Below are positions 35,904 through 46,565 of a DNA stretch of 54,412 nucleotides, in pieces (the first letter of the stretch is position 1; each line of letters begins with the position of its first letter). The position numbers were made by a program, and so were the translations under genes. Where the stretch lies: contig DATJRT010000033.1 of NCBI GenBank assembly GCA_035504495.1, forward strand, positions 1-54,412, in the 5' to 3' direction. Source of the DNA: Terracidiphilus sp. Lineage in GTDB: Bacteria; Acidobacteriota; Terriglobia; Terriglobales; Acidobacteriaceae. Under the pieces are notes generated by a model. The model worked only from the letters and a program-made list of their open reading frames with translations. It was not told the DNA's origin and ran no database searches.

Positions 35904-37082
35904 ATGATAAAGACCACAATGGTGATTAGACCAGCAAAACTGATGGCAGTTCTCGCAGTCATTGCCTTACCGGCTTATACGCCGGCTCGGGCAAGCGATA
36001 CCATGACCATCGACATTCCTCTGCACAGCAAGCTCAGCCCGGTGCAGCGGCTCAATCGCGAGGGGGTTGAGGCAGTTCAGAAACACCAATATGACCGCGC
36101 CGAGTCCTTGTTCCTGAAGGCCTATCTGTACGATCCATCCGATCCTTTCACACTGAACAACCTTGGCTACATCTCCGAGCTCGAAGGGCAACTGGATCGC
36201 GCGCAGCGTTTCTACCAGCTTGCCTTGGAACAAGGCTGCGGCGCGCAGATCGACATGAGCAGCGACAAGAACCTTCAGGGCAAGCCCATGATGGCCGCCG
36301 TCGACGATCTTCAGAACCAGCCCATGCGCATCAATCGCATGAACGTGGAAGCCATGCGCCTGCTCGCCGAAGACCGCGGTTTTGAAGCTTTATCGCTGCT
36401 CCAGCAGGCCTTGTCTCTCGACCCTCAGGATCCATTCACCCTGAACAACCTCGGCGTCGCCAATGAAACCGTGGGCGACTACTGGAATGCCCTGAAGTAT
36501 TACCGCGCCGCCGCGGACCGGCATTCTTCCGAGCCGGTCGTCATTGCGGTCGATCGCGCCTGGCGGGGAAGACCGGTGAGCGATATGGCTGCGGCCAGTG
36601 CCAAGCGGCTGCAGGAGCGGCTGCAATACATCAACCCCGACTACGCGCGCGCACTCATGCTCAGCCGCCGGGGCGTCTTCGCGGAGAACGAGAACGACTG
36701 GCCCGCGGCTAAGGACTATTTTCTCCGCGCTTACTCCGCCGACCCCTCTGACGCCTTCTCCCTCAACAATCGCGGCTACGTGGCCGAGCGCGAAGGCGAC
36801 CTGGAGACGGCAAAGTTCTTTTATGAAAAGGCCCGCCGCGCCCAGGACGCAGCCGCGCCCGTGGGTATGGCCACTGACAGCGCGGCTGAAGGGAAATCGC
36901 TCTTCGCCGTTGCCTCCGGAAGCGACCATAAGGTCGATGGTGCGCTCGACATCTACAGCATCGAGCGCCGCCGCCAGACCGGCCCCATTGAGCTGACGCC
37001 GCGCGGCAGCGCGCTGGAAGACAGCGCTCCCGCCGCACCCCCGCAGCCCTCCCCCAATGCGCAGCCGCAACCGCAGCAATAG
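35904..37082 (+). CDS. Exported TPR protein
   Basis: Three DP.D(P/A)F(T/S)LNN.G(Y/V) repeat modules; signal peptide. Confidence 0.88.
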   Translation: MIKTTMVIRPAKLMAVLAVIALPAYTPARASDTMTIDIPLHSKLSPVQRLNREGVEAVQKHQYDRAESLFLKAYLYDPSDPFTLNNLGYISELEGQLDRAQRFYQLALEQGCGAQIDMSSDKNLQGKPMMAAVDDLQNQPMRINRMNVEAMRLLAEDRGFEALSLLQQALSLDPQDPFTLNNLGVANETVGDYWNALKYYRAAADRHSSEPVVIAVDRAWRGRPVSDMAAASAKRLQERLQYINPDYARALMLSRRGVFAENENDWPAAKDYFLRAYSADPSDAFSLNNRGYVAEREGDLETAKFFYEKARRAQDAAAPVGMATDSAAEGKSLFAVASGSDHKVDGALDIYSIERRRQTGPIELTPRGSALEDSAPAAPPQPSPNAQPQPQQ

Positions 37083-37107
37083 TCATTTAGAAGGGTTTAA
37101 AAAAAAG

Positions 37108-38223
37108 ATGACCAGAGCCGCCGACCAATCGCCGTCGCATCAGTCCATGGTTCTCCTTTCGCGCCTTCTTCTGCCGCCGCGCAACGGCGGCGCTTCCGTA
37201 TCGCCGTCGCACCAGGAGCTAAGCCATCAGTTTGCGCAGATGACGCGCGAGAAGTTCGACGACCTAGTCTCTCTCGCGAGTTCCAATCACGTCATCGTTC
37301 GCGCCCTTGAGGTGTTTCTGCATCTCATGCGCGCGGAGCAGAACGCCACCCGCGCCGAGTGGGCCGTGGATGCGCTTGCAGCCGAGCGCGCGCGCATCGC
37401 CACCACCGTCACTTTCCTGGGTGAAATCTGCGATGCTTTCGACGAGCGCGATTACCCCGTCGCCGTCATCAAGTCGCTCGACCATTGGCCCGATCTCGGC
37501 AGCGATCTCGATCTTTACACCAGCGCCCACCCCGAGGAAGTGATCCGCGTGATGCGCGACCGATTCCACGCCACGCTGGCGCCGCGCAGCTGGGGCGATC
37601 GCCTGGCCTGCAAATGGAATTTCATCCTGCCGGGCCTGCCCGAGGCGGTCGAGATTCACATGGGCCGATTGGGCCAGACGGGCGAGCAGGTGGCCATCGC
37701 TTCCTCGCTCCTCGAGCGCATCCGTCTCATCATGCTGTGCGGACATCCGTTTCGCGTCACCTCGGCATGCGATCGTCTTGCCATCTCCACGCTGCAGCGG
37801 ATGTACCGCCACTTTTATTTCCGCTTGTGCGACATCGTCGATTCCGCATGGCTGGCCGACTCCGGCGGCATCGACTATGAAAACCTGCGTTTGCTCACGC
37901 GCAATGCGGGCATCTGGGAAGGCGCCGCTACGTACCTCGCCATCGTCTCCGACTACGTCAAGGGCTATCGCGGCGCGGGTCTCGATCTGCCGCAATTTGT
38001 TCTGGATGCCGCGCGCTTCAGGGGCGATCGCATCTATTACGCCCGCGACTTTCTCCGCGTGCCCATCCTCCCGCAATCGGCCGGGCTGTATACGTCCCAA
38101 CTCGCCGGCGTGCTGGGCAAGGGCGAATTCTCGAGTGGCGCGCGGCTCAGCCTGCTACCCTGGCTGGCCACGGCCGCAGCCGTTGGACAAAAACTTACCG
38201 GCAGCGACAAGGGGATCTGGTAA
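37108..38223 (+). CDS. Nucleotidyltransferase family protein (NTP_transf_5-like)
   Basis: VIKSLDHWPDLGSDLDLY (GSDxD), VEIH and RLCDIVD motifs. Confidence 0.8.
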   Translation: MTRAADQSPSHQSMVLLSRLLLPPRNGGASVSPSHQELSHQFAQMTREKFDDLVSLASSNHVIVRALEVFLHLMRAEQNATRAEWAVDALAAERARIATTVTFLGEICDAFDERDYPVAVIKSLDHWPDLGSDLDLYTSAHPEEVIRVMRDRFHATLAPRSWGDRLACKWNFILPGLPEAVEIHMGRLGQTGEQVAIASSLLERIRLIMLCGHPFRVTSACDRLAISTLQRMYRHFYFRLCDIVDSAWLADSGGIDYENLRLLTRNAGIWEGAATYLAIVSDYVKGYRGAGLDLPQFVLDAARFRGDRIYYARDFLRVPILPQSAGLYTSQLAGVLGKGEFSSGARLSLLPWLATAAAVGQKLTGSDKGIW

Positions 38224-38324
38224 AGCGAATGATTCGAGCTCCAAGCAACGGAAGAGGGAAAGAGATGGTCTTAGCAATATAGAGGAGAGGGGGATACCGG
38301 GAAGGGGTGTTCCTGGTAAACATT

Positions 38325-39362
38325 ATGGCTAATTCGGGACCGGGGAATTCGAAAATGGCAAACGCCAGACAATTCGGACGAAATGCCGGCGGCCGCAAGC
38401 AGGATTCGGAAACCTACAATCGCTCTTCGCTCGCGCTCGACTCCTTCGAGGCTCTCGATGGAGTTGCCGCCTGGCCCAATCCGCAGCCGCGCCTCGTCTC
38501 CAGGCCTCCCGCTTTCATCGGAGCCGATTCCCATCCGCTGGTATGGAAGGGAATCGATCTGCTCGCCTACAAGCGCGACCGCAAATCCAAGGTCATCTCC
38601 TTCTTTCTGCACGGCGTGATCATCACCGCCATTCTGTGGTGGGGATTAACCTCGCATACGCAAGTGGTGCAGACGGAGACCACCGTGACTCCGTTGAATT
38701 TCACACTGTACGCTCCGCCGCCGCCGCAGGTGATGCCGGTGGCTAAAGTAGCCGGCGGAGGCGGTGGCGGCGGTGCGCATCATCTGGTTGAGCCTACGCG
38801 CGGGCGCCTCCCCAGGGTCGCGCGCATCCGCATGCTGCCTCCGCAGATTGTTCGCGTGTCCAACCCCAAACTGGCCGCGGAACCCACCATGCAGGTGAGA
38901 ATGCCCAGCAACACCGCTATGCCCAATCTCGGCATGCCTGACTCGCCGCAGATTGCGCTGGCCTCGCAGGGGAACGGCAGCGGTTCCGGCTTTGGCCACG
39001 GCATTGGCGGCGGCATCGGCTCGAGCCAGGGCACCGGAGTGGGCGCCGGTAGCGGCGGCGGTTACGGCGGCGGCGTGATGAGCGTCGGCGGCGGCGTCAG
39101 CGCACCCGTCCTCATTCATTCCGTCGAGCCGGAGTTTACTGAGGCGGCGCGCCAGCAGAACTTTCAGGGCACCGTCTCCATTCAGCTGATCGTCGACGCT
39201 CAGGGCTACCCGCAGGATGTGCATGTGGCTCGCCACCTGGGCATGGGCCTGGATGAAAAAGCCGTGGAAGCCGTCCGCCAGTATCGGTTCAGGCCGGCTG
39301 TCTATCAGGGGCGTCCTGTGGCCGTGCAGATGATCGTCGAGGTGGACTTCCGCCTGCACTGA
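38325..39362 (+). CDS. TonB-like energy transducer
   Basis: S..LH TM motif, Pro/Gly-rich linker, C-terminal PEFTEAAR..GTV..GLDEKAVEAVRQYRFRPA..GRPV. Start uncertain. Confidence 0.9.
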   Translation: MANSGPGNSKMANARQFGRNAGGRKQDSETYNRSSLALDSFEALDGVAAWPNPQPRLVSRPPAFIGADSHPLVWKGIDLLAYKRDRKSKVISFFLHGVIITAILWWGLTSHTQVVQTETTVTPLNFTLYAPPPPQVMPVAKVAGGGGGGGAHHLVEPTRGRLPRVARIRMLPPQIVRVSNPKLAAEPTMQVRMPSNTAMPNLGMPDSPQIALASQGNGSGSGFGHGIGGGIGSSQGTGVGAGSGGGYGGGVMSVGGGVSAPVLIHSVEPEFTEAARQQNFQGTVSIQLIVDAQGYPQDVHVARHLGMGLDEKAVEAVRQYRFRPAVYQGRPVAVQMIVEVDFRLH

Positions 39363-39537
39363 GGTTGCAGGCCACGCAAACCGGCGCGGCCGGCTTGCAT
39401 GCCGGCTCCGCGCGAAAATGCGTCCGCGTCCTTTTGCCGCTCCCGGATGCGAACCGATTCCTGGCGCGCTTCATCTGGCTGCATTACCGTTCCTTTGCAT
39501 CCAACTGAATTGACGTGTCGTTCCCCGCTCTGTTGCT

Positions 39538-40740
39538 ATGTTCTCGAAGGTTCCGTCCAGATCGCGCTTTTTCGGCCGCCATCTCCGCGTCGCGCCGTTC
39601 GCCGTTCCGTTTGTGGCCCTCGCCCTGCTCTGCGCTTTCGCGCACGGTCAGGCCGCGCCCATGCAGTCGTCCTCTTCGGCGGCAATGCAGGACCCCACGC
39701 GCCCGGAGCTGCAGCCCAATCTCGATGTCGATCGCGATCCGATTCCTTCACCTGACCCGGAGCCACCCCCGGTCGCAAGCAACGTACCCGCTCCCGGCGC
39801 CCGCGTGCCCGGCAATCCCAACTCGCCGACGACGCCCGGCGAACCGCTCAAGCGCCAGGACGGCATGTACGTCCTTCATGCCAACGTAGACGAAGTGCTC
39901 CTCGATTGCACCGTTCTCGATGAGAAAGGCCGGACCGTCACCGATCTCAGTCAGCGCGACTTTCACGTTTGGGAAGACGGCGTGCCCCAGACCATCAACG
40001 CCTTTCTGCATCAGGACATGCCCGTCTCCATGGGCATTCTGGTCGATAACTCCGGCTCCATGCGCGACAAGCGCACCGCCGTCAACGCCGCTGCGATGGA
40101 GCTCCTGCGCGACTCGAACCCGCAGGACGCGGCCTTCATCGTGAACTTCTCTGACCGCGCATATCTTGACCAGGGATTCACCACCGACCGCGTCGCGCTC
40201 GACCGCGGCCTCGCGCGTTTCGACTCGCGCGGAACCACGGCTATGTATGACGCCGTGGCAGCCTCGGCCGACGAGCTTTCTCAACACGCAAAGGACCGTA
40301 AGCAGGTTTTGCTCATCATTACCGACGGTGCTGACAATGCGTCCCGCCTCACCTTGCAGCAGGCCATCCGCCGCGTGCAGGACCTCGGTGGTCCCGTGGT
40401 TTATACCATCGGCCTGCTCTTCGATTCCGACAAGGATGAAGCCGCCAACGCACGCAACGCTCTCGAAAGACTCTCGCAGGAGACCGGCGGCTTCGCCTAC
40501 TTTCCCCGCTCCCTCGACGATGTGAACAGCATCGCCGCGGAAATCGCGCGCGATATCCGCAATCAGTACACCGTCGCCTACCGCTCCACCCGGCCCTCGA
40601 GCTTCGGCGGCTACCGCGTGGTGCACGTGGAAGCAAGTGCGCCCGGCCACGGCAGGCTCACCGTGGTCACGCGCCATGGCTACTACGCCAACGGCAATCC
40701 CTCGCAGCCCGCGCAGACAGCGGAAGAAACCCACCCCTGA
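39538..40740 (+). CDS. VWA domain protein (acidobacterial type)
   Basis: DNSGSM MIDAS, TAMYDAV, ITDGADN, TGG and IRNQY motifs. Confidence 0.92.
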   Translation: MFSKVPSRSRFFGRHLRVAPFAVPFVALALLCAFAHGQAAPMQSSSSAAMQDPTRPELQPNLDVDRDPIPSPDPEPPPVASNVPAPGARVPGNPNSPTTPGEPLKRQDGMYVLHANVDEVLLDCTVLDEKGRTVTDLSQRDFHVWEDGVPQTINAFLHQDMPVSMGILVDNSGSMRDKRTAVNAAAMELLRDSNPQDAAFIVNFSDRAYLDQGFTTDRVALDRGLARFDSRGTTAMYDAVAASADELSQHAKDRKQVLLIITDGADNASRLTLQQAIRRVQDLGGPVVYTIGLLFDSDKDEAANARNALERLSQETGGFAYFPRSLDDVNSIAAEIARDIRNQYTVAYRSTRPSSFGGYRVVHVEASAPGHGRLTVVTRHGYYANGNPSQPAQTAEETHP

Positions 40741-40909
40741 ATCGCCGGGCGCTCTCGCGCAAACTGAGATCGGCTCCGCCGTGGTTCTCCCGATGCATGC
40801 TCTGCCGGCTGCTCTGTTATAGTGGCCCGGGAAGGCTTGCGCCGCCGGCTCGTTAACGCTAACGGAAAGGTGGCCGGCTTGGCGCTTCCCAGCACCCTGT
40901 CAGGAGAAA

Positions 40910-42325
40910 ATGATGAATTGGAGAGAAAGCACGCGAAGGTCGTTCTTGAAGCAGTTCGGCGCCGCCGGCGCCTTGGCTTTTGCCGCTTCCCGCGCGGAGG
41001 CCGTGCAGCAGGCTGTTCCGCCCGCGGGACCCACGCCCGCCGACGAAAAGCAGGCCGCCACGCGCGACCAGCGCATGCAATGGTGGCACGCGGCCAAATT
41101 CGGCATGTTCATCCACTGGGGCCTTTACAGTGTGATCGGCCAGCATGAGTGGGCCAAGGAAGTGGAAGGCGTTCCGATTCCACAGTACGAGGTCCTCGCA
41201 AAACACTTTCATCCCAAACCCAACGCGGCACGCGACTGGGCGCGCCTGGCCAAACGCGCCGGCCAGCGCTATATGGTGATGACCACCAAGCACCACGAGG
41301 GCTTCTGTAACTTCGCCACCAAACTCACCGACTACAACGCCGCGCAGCAGGGCCCCGGCCGCGATCTCGTTGCCGAGTACGTCGAAGCCGCGCGCGCCGA
41401 AGGTCTCCGCGTGGGTTTCTATTACTCGCTCATGGACTGGCACCACCCTGACGGCGCCCTATGCAAGACCGACGAAGCCGCGCGCCGCCGCTTCGTCGAT
41501 TACACCCATGGGCTTATCCGCGAGCTGATGACCAACTACGGCAAGATCGACGTGCTCTGGTACGACGTGGCCTGGCCCCTCAACGCCGAAGAGTGGGAAT
41601 CGGAAAAGATGAACACCATGGTCTTCAACCTCCAGCCCGACATCATCGTCAACAACCGCAACCTTCTGCCCGGCGATTTCGCCACTCCCGAGCAGCACAT
41701 TCAGGCTGCGGAGGCGGGCCGCGCCTGGGAAACCTGCATGACCCTCAATGACAGTTGGGGCTTCAACCGCGGCGACGACGCCTGGAAGACGCCCAAGCAG
41801 ATCGTCTCCAACCTCGGCACCTGCGCCAACGGCGGCGGCAATTATCTGCTTAACATCGGCCCCATGCCCGACGGTTCCGTGCCTCCCGATTCGGTGCGTA
41901 TCCTGAGCGAAGTGGGCGCCTGGCTCAACACCAACGGCAAAGCCATCTATGGCACCGACCGCTGCCAGGGCGGCGGCAACGTAAACGCAATCTACACCCG
42001 CCGCGGCAACACCCTCTATCTGCACCAGCACTTCTGGCCCGGCCATACGCCCGCGGCCGAGTGGCTCGATTTCTACAAGCCCGAAGCGGTCGTCGCCATC
42101 GGCGGGCTCAAGGCGAAAGCTCTCTCCGCGCGCTTGCTCAAAACCGGGCAGAAGGTCGAGTTCGCCCAGGACGGCGATTTCACCTTCCGCCTTACTGGCC
42201 TTCCCCTGGCCGCGCCCGATCAGCCCGCCACCGTTATTGAAGTCGAGTGCGACAGCGAGCCCACCGTCGATCACGAGGCCGAGCGCTCGCTCTGGCCGCG
42301 CTACAAGGTCGGCATCAGTATTTAG
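40910..42325 (+). CDS. Alpha-L-fucosidase (GH29), Tat signal
   Basis: TRRSFLK; KFGMFIHWG, TTKHHEGF, YYSLMDWHHP, LWYD and NYLLNIGP motifs. Confidence 0.93.
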   Translation: MMNWRESTRRSFLKQFGAAGALAFAASRAEAVQQAVPPAGPTPADEKQAATRDQRMQWWHAAKFGMFIHWGLYSVIGQHEWAKEVEGVPIPQYEVLAKHFHPKPNAARDWARLAKRAGQRYMVMTTKHHEGFCNFATKLTDYNAAQQGPGRDLVAEYVEAARAEGLRVGFYYSLMDWHHPDGALCKTDEAARRRFVDYTHGLIRELMTNYGKIDVLWYDVAWPLNAEEWESEKMNTMVFNLQPDIIVNNRNLLPGDFATPEQHIQAAEAGRAWETCMTLNDSWGFNRGDDAWKTPKQIVSNLGTCANGGGNYLLNIGPMPDGSVPPDSVRILSEVGAWLNTNGKAIYGTDRCQGGGNVNAIYTRRGNTLYLHQHFWPGHTPAAEWLDFYKPEAVVAIGGLKAKALSARLLKTGQKVEFAQDGDFTFRLTGLPLAAPDQPATVIEVECDSEPTVDHEAERSLWPRYKVGISI

Positions 42326-42360
42326 AGAGGCATCGTTCAAGGATAGGTTGGTGGCCCAGG

Positions 42361-42400
42361 TGCGGTGTCACCACACACAGGTTCTCGTGCGTGGGGAGGA
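42361..42400 (-). repeat. Diverged copy of the 40-bp hairpin module found inside MITE copies 1 and 3
   Basis: 23/40 ungapped identity to the reverse complement of 8594-8633, with compensatory stem changes. Confidence 0.6.
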
Positions 42401-42461
42401 GATCCCGCTTCTGAGGCCAGGGTAAACCTCAAAGCTCAGCCCGGCGAAATTTGTCGCAAGA

Positions 42462-43358
42462 TCAACCCGCCGCCAGGATTGCATCCGCAATCCGCGCTGC
42501 TTCCATCGCGGGCCGCACCTGGTGCACGCGCACAATCGACGCGCCGTTCAGGATCGCCGCGGTCATCGCCGCCAGGCTCGCCGTCTCGCGCGCTGCAACG
42601 GGCGCAGCTTCGCCGCCGAATAGCGGCGCCAGCGTGTGCCCCAGAAACGATTTGCGGCTCAGGCCCACGAGCAGCGGCCGTCCCAGCGCCAGCAGCTCGC
42701 CTTGCCGCCGGAGCAGGGCATAATTCTCGTCGAGCCGCTTGCCGAACCCGTAGCCCGGATCGATCACGATCGCGTCTTCCGGAACTCCAGCCGCTTGCGC
42801 TGCGCGCACGCTCGCCGCCAATCCATCGCGCGCCATCGCGAGCAGCGCATCGGGCGCGAGCTGCGCCTGCGCGCGCCATTCCTCCGGCCCTCCGCGCGTG
42901 TGCGCCAGCACCACGCCCGCGCCGCGCTCCGCGCATACCCGCGCCAGCGCCGGGTCCCACGTGAAGCCGCTCACGTCGTTCACAATCTCAGCGCCCGCTG
43001 CGAGCGCTACGCGCGCCGTGGCCGCTTTGTAAGTGTCCACGGAGATCACTGCGAGGGGCCGAGCCCTTAAAACTCCTTCGAGCACGGGCAGAAGCCGCGC
43101 CTGTTCTTCCTCCGCGCTTACCAGAGCCTCGGCGTAGCCCGCGCGCGAGCCCGGCCGGGTGCTTTCTGCGCCCAGATCGAGAAAGTCCGCGCCCTCGTCG
43201 ATCAAGCGCAGCGCATGCGCGACCGCGTCCTCCGGAGCCAGGAAAGATCCGCCATCGCTGAACGAGTCTGGCGTGATGTTCACCACGCCGCACACCAGCG
43301 TGCGCGCGCCCAGCTCCAGCGTGCGCGTCCGCAGCCGCCATGTGATTACGCTACGCAT
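42462..43358 (-). CDS. folP: Dihydropteroate synthase
   Basis: [45 protein letters not shown] and RVH motifs. Confidence 0.95.
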   Translation of the reverse strand: MRSVITWRLRTRTLELGARTLVCGVVNITPDSFSDGGSFLAPEDAVAHALRLIDEGADFLDLGAESTRPGSRAGYAEALVSAEEEQARLLPVLEGVLRARPLAVISVDTYKAATARVALAAGAEIVNDVSGFTWDPALARVCAERGAGVVLAHTRGGPEEWRAQAQLAPDALLAMARDGLAASVRAAQAAGVPEDAIVIDPGYGFGKRLDENYALLRRQGELLALGRPLLVGLSRKSFLGHTLAPLFGGEAAPVAARETASLAAMTAAILNGASIVRVHQVRPAMEAARIADAILAAG

Positions 43359-43414
43359 CGGCTCACAGCTCCGATGGTACGCTGCCCTTCCAGCCCAACT
43401 GCTACACTCCCTGC

Positions 43415-45079
43415 ATGATCTTCCCGCGGCGTTTTCCGGTTCTTCTTTTTTCTTTGTTTTTCGCTTTCGCCTCCGGAACGTTTTCGCACGCGCAAGCGCA
43501 TCCCGCGCATCATGCACCTCCCATGAGAGGCACGCTCGCCCAGCGCATTCAGACCATCCTCGCCAATCCCGCACTCAGCCATGCCGACTTCGGCATCAGC
43601 GTGGTCACGCTGGACGGCCGCACCCTTTACGGCCTCAACGACGATAAGCTCTTCGCGCCTGCATCCAACGCCAAACTCACCACCACCGCGGCTGCCTACG
43701 CGCTTCTTCCCGTCGAGACGCTCACCTGGACCACCTACGTCGTCGGCGATGGCGACGTGGACGCCATTGGCGCGCTGCACGGCGATCTGATCCTGCTCGG
43801 CGTCGGCGACCCCACCATGAGCGCACGCCAGTATCCCTATCAGGAGCCCGCAGCCCCTGGTCCGGAGAGCACGCCGCAAGCTGCGCCCAATGTCGCTCCG
43901 CCCCCCGCGCCGCCCAAGCCCGTCGACCCCAATCTCGCCGCCATGGCGCCGCTCGACCAGCTCGCGCAGCAGGTTGAAGAGTCAGGCGTCCGCACCATCG
44001 AGGGCGACGTCATCGGCGACGACAGTTTTTTTCTCGACGAGCGCTATGGCCAGGGCTGGGGTTGGGACGATCTCCAATGGGCCTACGGTGCGCCTGTCTC
44101 CGCGCTCACTTTCAACGACAACGCCGCCGGCCTCGCCATCCTTCCCGATCCTTCCGCTCCCAACGTGACTCAAGGCTCATGGGTGCCGGACGTTGAATAC
44201 TACACCCTCAACAACACCATGACACCCGCGCCCCCGGGTCAGCCCGCGCATCCCGGCATCGAACGCCTGCCCGGCTCAATGATGGTTCGCGCCTGGGGCA
44301 CCGCGCCGCCCGGCGGCCTGCACGTGGGCCTCGCCATCGACGATCCTGCGCAATTCACCGCTGAGGCATTCAAGGACGCTTTGCTTGCCCGCGGCATCAC
44401 TGTCTCCGGAGCGGCCGAGTCGCGGCATCGCTTCTCCAATGGCGACGGCAACTTTGTGGGCGCGCGCGAGATACCCGTGGATCTCCAACCTTCCACGCTT
44501 GCCACCGTGGCCGCGCCGCTCACCAGTCGCCGCGTTCTCGCCGCGCGCATTTCCGTCCCTGTCGCCGAGGACATCGCCATCATCAACAAGACCAGCCAGA
44601 ACCTCCATGCCGAGCTGCTCCTGCGCCTGCTGGGCAAGCTCGAGGGCGCCGACGGCAGCTTTGAAGAGGGCACGCGGGTGGTGCGCCAGTTCCTCACCAA
44701 CGCCGGCATCGACGATCAGGACTTTTTTCTCTTCGACGGCTCCGGCATGAGCCCGGAAGACCAGATCGCGCCCCGCGCCTTCACCCACCTGCTGGTTTAC
44801 GCTGCCAAGCAGCCATGGGGAGAGGACTGGCGCAATACCTTACCCATCGCCGGCGTCGACGGCACGCTTGAGGGCCGCTTCACCAACTCACCCCTCAAGG
44901 GCAAAATGTGGGCCAAAACCGGAACTCTGAATGAAGTCAATACGCTTTCCGGCTACCTTACTGCGGCCAGCGGCCAGCGCCTTGCCTTTTCCATCCTCAT
45001 CAACGGCCGCCGCCCGGGATCGGAAGCCGAGGCCCAGGCCATCGATCGCATCGCCGAAGCCATCTACGCGGCCGACTAG
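43415..45079 (+). CDS. dacB: D-Ala-D-Ala carboxypeptidase/endopeptidase (PBP4, S13)
   Basis: PASNAK (SxxK), SQN (SxN), DGSG and KTGTL motifs. Confidence 0.93.
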   Translation: MIFPRRFPVLLFSLFFAFASGTFSHAQAHPAHHAPPMRGTLAQRIQTILANPALSHADFGISVVTLDGRTLYGLNDDKLFAPASNAKLTTTAAAYALLPVETLTWTTYVVGDGDVDAIGALHGDLILLGVGDPTMSARQYPYQEPAAPGPESTPQAAPNVAPPPAPPKPVDPNLAAMAPLDQLAQQVEESGVRTIEGDVIGDDSFFLDERYGQGWGWDDLQWAYGAPVSALTFNDNAAGLAILPDPSAPNVTQGSWVPDVEYYTLNNTMTPAPPGQPAHPGIERLPGSMMVRAWGTAPPGGLHVGLAIDDPAQFTAEAFKDALLARGITVSGAAESRHRFSNGDGNFVGAREIPVDLQPSTLATVAAPLTSRRVLAARISVPVAEDIAIINKTSQNLHAELLLRLLGKLEGADGSFEEGTRVVRQFLTNAGIDDQDFFLFDGSGMSPEDQIAPRAFTHLLVYAAKQPWGEDWRNTLPIAGVDGTLEGRFTNSPLKGKMWAKTGTLNEVNTLSGYLTAASGQRLAFSILINGRRPGSEAEAQAIDRIAEAIYAAD

Positions 45080-45114
45080 CCCTCGCGCCCTCCACTTTGT
45101 ATCATCGGAAGGGA

Positions 45115-45477
45115 ATGCACCTCCGCGCCGGCTTCAATCGTCTCTGCTCCTTTCCCGTCTGCGCAGCGGCGCTCGCCCTCGCCGGCTGCCAATCGCTGCC
45201 GCCCTCCAAACCCTCCTCCGAGTGGACCCCCCAGGAAACCCGAGGCGCAGCTGTCTACCAACAGAATTGCGCGCGCTGCCACAACGCCACCACTACCCAC
45301 CCGCTCAACGGCCCCGGCCTGCAGGCCATCACCAAGGTCAGAGCCATGCCTTCTGGCGCGCCGCCTACGGACGAGCGCCTCACCGCGGTGATTCTCCACG
45401 GCCGCGGCATGATGCCGGCTACGCCGCTCGACGACCAGCAACTCCAGGATCTCCTGGCCTACCTGCGCACCCTATGA
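45115..45477 (+). CDS. Monoheme cytochrome c lipoprotein
   Basis: LAGC lipobox, CARCH heme motif, distal GMMP. Confidence 0.9.
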   Translation: MHLRAGFNRLCSFPVCAAALALAGCQSLPPSKPSSEWTPQETRGAAVYQQNCARCHNATTTHPLNGPGLQAITKVRAMPSGAPPTDERLTAVILHGRGMMPATPLDDQQLQDLLAYLRTL

Positions 45478-45896
45478 CCGGCGAAACAAGCAACGCACAT
45501 TCCCGCACAAACCGCGAGCCTGCGGATGGCCGTCAGCCCGGCAGCCCCGGTGCTCCGGAACCCTCGCGTCCGCGCATACCGCTGCCCGGCGTCGCCGCCA
45601 TTGCACTCTATCTTCTGCTGCTGGCGGGAACCATCATTCTCGGCGTGGCTGCCGGGGGACGTTATCCGCCCCTCTACCTTGTCTTTTCTGCTTTGTTCAT
45701 CGCCGCCTGCGCAGGACTGCTCATGCTCTTTCGCTGGGCGTGGGCGCTGGCTCTGGCCGCTGTCGCCCTGCTCGCTGCCTACAATCTCTGGATCTTTTCG
45801 AGCCGACACGTCGCCCCTGCGCTGGTCCAGGGACTGCTGAATCTGGTTTTCTTTCTCTATCTGATCCGCACTGAGGTGCGCTCCAGGCTGCGCTGA
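45474..45896 (+). CDS. Hypothetical membrane protein (4 TM)
   Basis: ATGA overlap with cytochrome c; hydrophobic segments. Confidence 0.78.
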   Translation: MTGETSNAHSRTNREPADGRQPGSPGAPEPSRPRIPLPGVAAIALYLLLLAGTIILGVAAGGRYPPLYLVFSALFIAACAGLLMLFRWAWALALAAVALLAAYNLWIFSSRHVAPALVQGLLNLVFFLYLIRTEVRSRLR

Positions 45897-45975
45897 GAGC
45901 AGCCGCTACTTCTGCAAACGCGGAAATTGCCGATCCGGTTTCTGCTTTGCGTCCGGCCCCAGATGCGGCTGCGCA

Positions 45976-46365
45976 TCAAATGTGGCTTCGTGTGGAGGGC
46001 CGCGACCAGAAATGATGCCGTTCTTCGGTGATCTCTTCGTTCGCCGGCAATGCGCCGTCTTCGGCCGGCACCACCGAGTACCGCTCCGCCGCACGTTCCC
46101 TGGACAGCCTCGACGGCTCGTTCCACGTGAACACGCTCACCAAAGCGGCGAGAAACGACCAAACCAGGAAAAGAGCGCCAATCACCATCAACGCAAGTCC
46201 GCCTAGAACACCCGGCCCGGTTGTAGTCATTTCGACATGTAGCATCGACCCGGAAAAGGGATAGGCGGCGCTGAACCCAGTTGTCCCGTGGCAGTACCCG
46301 ATAATCAGGGCCAATCCCGACCCCAGAAAAAGAACCGCGCCAATCAACGGACGGTCTGCCCTCAT
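45976..46365 (-). CDS. Hypothetical membrane protein (2 TM)
   Basis: GAGGAG RBS before MRADRPLIGAVLFLG. Confidence 0.72.
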   Translation of the reverse strand: MRADRPLIGAVLFLGSGLALIIGYCHGTTGFSAAYPFSGSMLHVEMTTTGPGVLGGLALMVIGALFLVWSFLAALVSVFTWNEPSRLSRERAAERYSVVPAEDGALPANEEITEERHHFWSRPSTRSHI

Positions 46366-46565
46366 GGAAATCTCCTCTCCTCTTCGCGCGCCCTGATTGC
46401 CCGCACCTCCCCCGCTCGAGCCGGCAAGGGCATAGCCAGAAAGATGCGCATTTTCCGGGAAAGGTTTTGGCCGCATGCTCAAGAAATTCAAGCCGCTCCG
46501 GCCCGCTTCCACCGCGCCCGGCTTTCTCTGCCGCTACAATGGTTTAGGTGATTGAGCCGGTTTAG

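Noticed and set aside
38755-39100. GGC-rich stretches as a DNA repeat element
   Set aside because: They encode the Gly-rich linker of the TonB-like protein.
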